Below, one piece after another: positions 60,481-64,000 of a stretch of 64,000 nucleotides of DNA. Position 1 is the first letter of the stretch. The number at the start of each line of letters is the position of its first letter. Made by a program: the position numbers and the translations under genes. Under the pieces are notes generated by a model, which saw only the letters and a list, made by a program, of their open reading frames with translations, was not told where the DNA came from and made no database searches. Location of the stretch: the NCBI GenBank assembly GCA_001662655.1, contig KV460222.1. One strand, 5' to 3'. The stretch is from Pseudogymnoascus verrucosus (taxonomy: Eukaryota).

Positions 60481-60779
60481 ATTGCAGGACTGTGTAATGT
60501 TATTTATATCATTAGACAGCCCTCTACGTGATAGTACAAATTCACTTTCTTCCCTTTGGAAAGCTGAAGCCTCTGATGGCTAGGCATCTTGCTCTAATTG
60601 AAGTTTAAGTTGATTTCAGGATTGGTATTGAAATTGAAATATCTGACAGTTGACGGAAACTTAGTGCTACTCGTACACGTACTTGCTTATTGTCGGCCAC
60701 AACTTATTCTTGGGCGAAACTTCCATTATTGGGGCTCGCTTGGCGCAGATATCTACCAAGTAGTACGTTCCACGCTCCA

Positions 60780-60862
60780 TCCGACTCGTCAACTCTTCGA
60801 CTCTCCGACTCTCCGACTCTCCAACTCTCCGACCTCCGACCTCCGACCTCCGACCTCCGACC
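60780..60862 (+). repeat. Short-period tandem repeat (CTCCGACT / CTCCGAC units, about 11 copies)
   Basis: Directly visible; 8-bp units grade into 7-bp units. Confidence 0.9.
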
Positions 60863-61567
60863 GCCTCGTCAAATTCCCCTAGCTTTCCGATGTTACTTTT
60901 TGGGTTATGAGGAGCTTGGCTTGGAGCTGTAGACAAATTGGCCTCGGCTTCGTTGCTCCATTGTAGTGCTTCAGAAGAGGAACATGTCCTTTTCGAGTAA
61001 CACATCAGGTTTGTGATCCTTTCCCTTCCCCTCAACCCCTCCGTACCCCTCCCCGGTCCCCCACAAGAACACATCTTACAGGTCTGGCAGCCGCAATGGG
61101 TATCTGTTGGCGTATTGCCCATAGATTTGTTTTGGTTATTATGGAATACCCACTCCATGCACCCCGCATCACAGTACAATTTCTTATTAAGGCAACAGTA
61201 GCCTCCCCAGGTTTTCTGTCACCTTACTTCTCCATCCTTCGTACAAACGACCACGTGCTCGCTCATTATACGCCCTGTCGACAAGAAGGCCCATAGATTC
61301 GTCGTATTCAAGCGGCGCTGTTGCATCTCCGGTCGCCACTGTCGCGTTCTATGTTCGCGAAGCTCAAAGGCTTAGGGATGCTGAGATAACACTCCTTTGC
61401 GATCGAATCTATAGCTTGAGGATCGCCTCTGTTGCGGTCGCGCATTCACCAATTTGACAGAGGCGCATCGCGAAGCACCGACCAGAGGGGACTGGCTTCA
61501 ACCTCTTTGCGGCGACAGGTGCGGAATCCTCTTTGTCTGTCTGCACCTCGCAGTCCGGATCGCCGAA

Positions 61568-63404
61568 ATGGTTTACGACGCAGCGGTAGATGCAGCCTTT
61601 CGGGGTAGCTGTTATATTCCCTTCCTCCAAGAGGAGCTATACGTCAATATTACAAATGGCTGTGAGTTTTGTCTGCTGCCAGCACTCGCTGGGTACTGCT
61701 AATAAGCCTTTCTAGATCTCCCTGGCCGAATATGTACAGAGGTCGCGCCAAACATTACATGTTGCTTGCCATGCCCCTTGACGGACTGGTTATACTCCGA
61801 TTCCTTCTATACAGTAACAAATGCGAGTAGTTGGCTAAATGTGGTGGGACTAGTGTGCACAGTGTTCCTGCTCGTTTCGTTTGCGATTCTGCCTGTTGAG
61901 AAGACGCATCGGCACTATCTGAGTATATGTCTTGTCATTGCTATTCTGATCATGCAGGTATGCAGTCTAGAGCCCCCAAATCTTCTGGTTGACAATGGAC
62001 TAATCGTCTGTTGTAGTTGGGATTTGTTATTCCCCTAGGAGCGAAACCTGCGCAATGCGCCAACAGCATTACGCCCCATGGTATGGAGAGTAGCATAACA
62101 TGCGCACTATCTGGTGCATTTCTTTTGGCCGGTGGTTGGTGCGGCATCATGTGGGTGTTTATGCGTGCCCTTGCGCTGCACTTGCAAATATGTTGGCAAG
62201 TTGTTATTGGAAGAGCCTGTAAGTTGAACCTCTGACTAGAACAAGGGTATAAATAGCTGACGTAGATGGCTCTTAGTTATGTGGGGTGCTTTAGCTGGAG
62301 GCTGGGGTGTTCCTGCTATTGCTCTTACTATTGCTATGGTATTCAGCGGAGTTTCTTTTCGCTTTGGAGGTATGCCTGACAAACTATGGTCCTCATCTGC
62401 CTATGCTAACCAAGTTTAGAAACATGCTATATTAACTATAGGAACAGCCTTGCGGATTTTTGGATTCCGCTTCTGACATTTAGTGGCTTAACTGTCATCA
62501 TCCAGTTTACTACGTTTGGATACTGCATAAAGGTCTATTGGGTCTCTCTTTCTGATAGCTGCAATACCACCAACAGCTCTGCGCTTCCGTCGTATTTGAA
62601 TGATGTCGTTTCCCTCACTCCACGACAAGCCTACCGCCGAATTCAACGAATTGTGGAACTTCAATGGAGGGGCATCGCAGTTGTCATCATCATCATAGTT
62701 GATGTCATGTTCTTTGCGGTTGTCTCGACAATGCACAATAACCAAATTAAGGCAGCAGATGTCTCGATGGTCACTGGTGAACCTGCTAAACTAGGAGAGC
62801 CACTAGACCCATCCGTGGATTGGCTTTTGTGCTTGGTGACTAACAAGGGCGACAAAGACCCTTGCTTAGATAAATCCGCCAAGCTGATTATGAATCAGGC
62901 CATAATTACCGCTGTACTTGTTCTTCTCTCTGTAAGTCTCCTTCTGTTGTTAGTAGGTGTGAGGTGTAGTGCTGACAATCCTAGTGCAACGGCATTTGGT
63001 TATTGCTTCTCATGTCTCGCGTCTCCATGTTCACGGGCTGGTACTACTTGGCTAAGCCAGAAGCCAAACCTAGTGTCGAGTTTATAAGTGCAGATTCTGC
63101 CAGAGCTTACAGTAAGGATCCTAGAACTTACGAGATGCTTGCCTCAAATGGCCGAGATGTGGACAACCCGTTGAGACCCGATCTTTCTGTAACAACCTTA
63201 ACTCCAGCCGTCATTTCTCTAACAGGGAGATCCGGGAGGCAAATGCCTGATTATTTCAGCTGCGAAGCCAAATATCAAAGTCCCACGCATTCATTTTCGT
63301 CACTGAGACCACCACCGGGCGGCAGAGATTGGAATGCTGCTGCAACACACGCACCGTCAGCGCACCGGGGCCACGTCGATCGGTTGAGCATTAACAAATG
63401 TTAG
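61568..63404 (+). CDS. G-protein-coupled receptor, GprM/MG00532-like (fungal class VII), 6 exons
   Basis: CYIPFLQEELY, GRIC...CCLPCPLTDW, LPVEKTHRHYLSICL, LHLQICWQV, SLADFWIP, LQWRGI; seven hydrophobic segments; GT-AG introns keep the frame. Confidence 0.85.
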
Positions 63405-64000
63405 GGTTCCAATAACAACACTGCCTTGTCTATAATTCACAAATGATCATAATGCTGGGATAGCACAACAGGTAGCCTTGTCCAATTGATTCCAGCCTCA
63501 CCACATGTTTCTCACATAGAGTATTTCCAGCTATCGACTTGCGCAATACCATCACTCGCTCAGCACATCTTCTTCTCTAAGTCTTCCACAATATCACAGG
63601 ACCATTTCAACTCCCTCATCAGACCTCACCGACTTCCTCAACAAGCTGTAGCAGATAACGGATCATCCTTCGCCATGTTATATTTCTGTGGTAGTAGTGG
63701 TTTACTTACGCGTGGTGGTGGCACTTTGCGGAAGAAAATTGAGGTGTATGGTCAACAGCTGGTATCACCGGGATGGTGACCAGCAAATTGCTGCTCTTTC
63801 CAAAATCGTAAGCCATTTATCTCTGCCGGCTTATTACCACTGTGAACACTCGCGATCAGGATTCGCGGCCCGCCAACTCAGTGACTGGCCGCGAATTCTG
63901 ATTAACACAGGCCCCTCAGTTCAAGGAGGGGCCGCGAATCCATGGATCCACCCAATATATGTAGTTCTGGCAGCGGATTGCGTACAACTGGGTGAACTCA

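Larger units (their letters stand above)
45529..64000 (+). mobile_element. Degenerate Starship giant transposon inserted in a 5S rRNA gene; left boundary about 45529, right boundary not located (may lie inside or beyond the window)
   Basis: Split 5S gene at the boundary; a RIP-degraded DUF3435 captain is the first gene and reads inward; switch from core genes to accessory genes, pseudogenes and nested TEs. Confidence 0.72.

Noticed and set aside
60780..60862. Short repeat arrays (also 47711-47784 and hAT subterminal repeats) as CRISPR or telomeric repeats
   Set aside because: No unique spacers, eukaryotic context and no TTAGGG arrays; they are ordinary tandem repeats.

Overview
Filamentous ascomycete (Pezizomycotina) genomic DNA with short GT-AG introns; the genus cannot be fixed from the sequence alone. 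There are three zones. (1) 0-30.5 kb is accessory. It holds a backbone-less oxidoreductase/efflux cluster (SirQ/PRISE-like reductase, Baeyer-Villiger-type monooxygenase, double-ABM protein, SDR, EthD protein, pseudogenised Zn2Cys6 regulator, Tri12-like MFS pump), then an APH-family kinase, gene relics, a secreted lipase/amidase pair and orphan genes. (2) 31-45.4 kb is core: SMP3, SKP1, RPL39, an intronless ABCB/MDR transporter and an intron-containing tRNA-Met. (3) 45.5 kb onward looks like the captain-proximal end of a degenerate Starship giant transposon inserted into a 5S rRNA gene. Only the 3' half of the 5S gene remains, and the junction forms an 11-10-11 inverted-repeat site resembling a recombinase core site. 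A solo LTR has replaced the 5' half of the captain; the rest of the DUF3435 tyrosine recombinase has no ORF and is readable only after reverting RIP-type transitions. Putative cargo follows: a Zn2Cys6 factor, SDR, alpha/beta-hydrolase, a second 5S relic, a hotdog thioesterase, a disrupted PhlG-like (DAPG hydrolase-like) gene, a complete hAT transposon with TIRs and an 8-bp TSD, an esterase relic and a GprM-like GPCR. The far end of the element was not found in the window. All family calls come from motif recognition by eye, not database searches.
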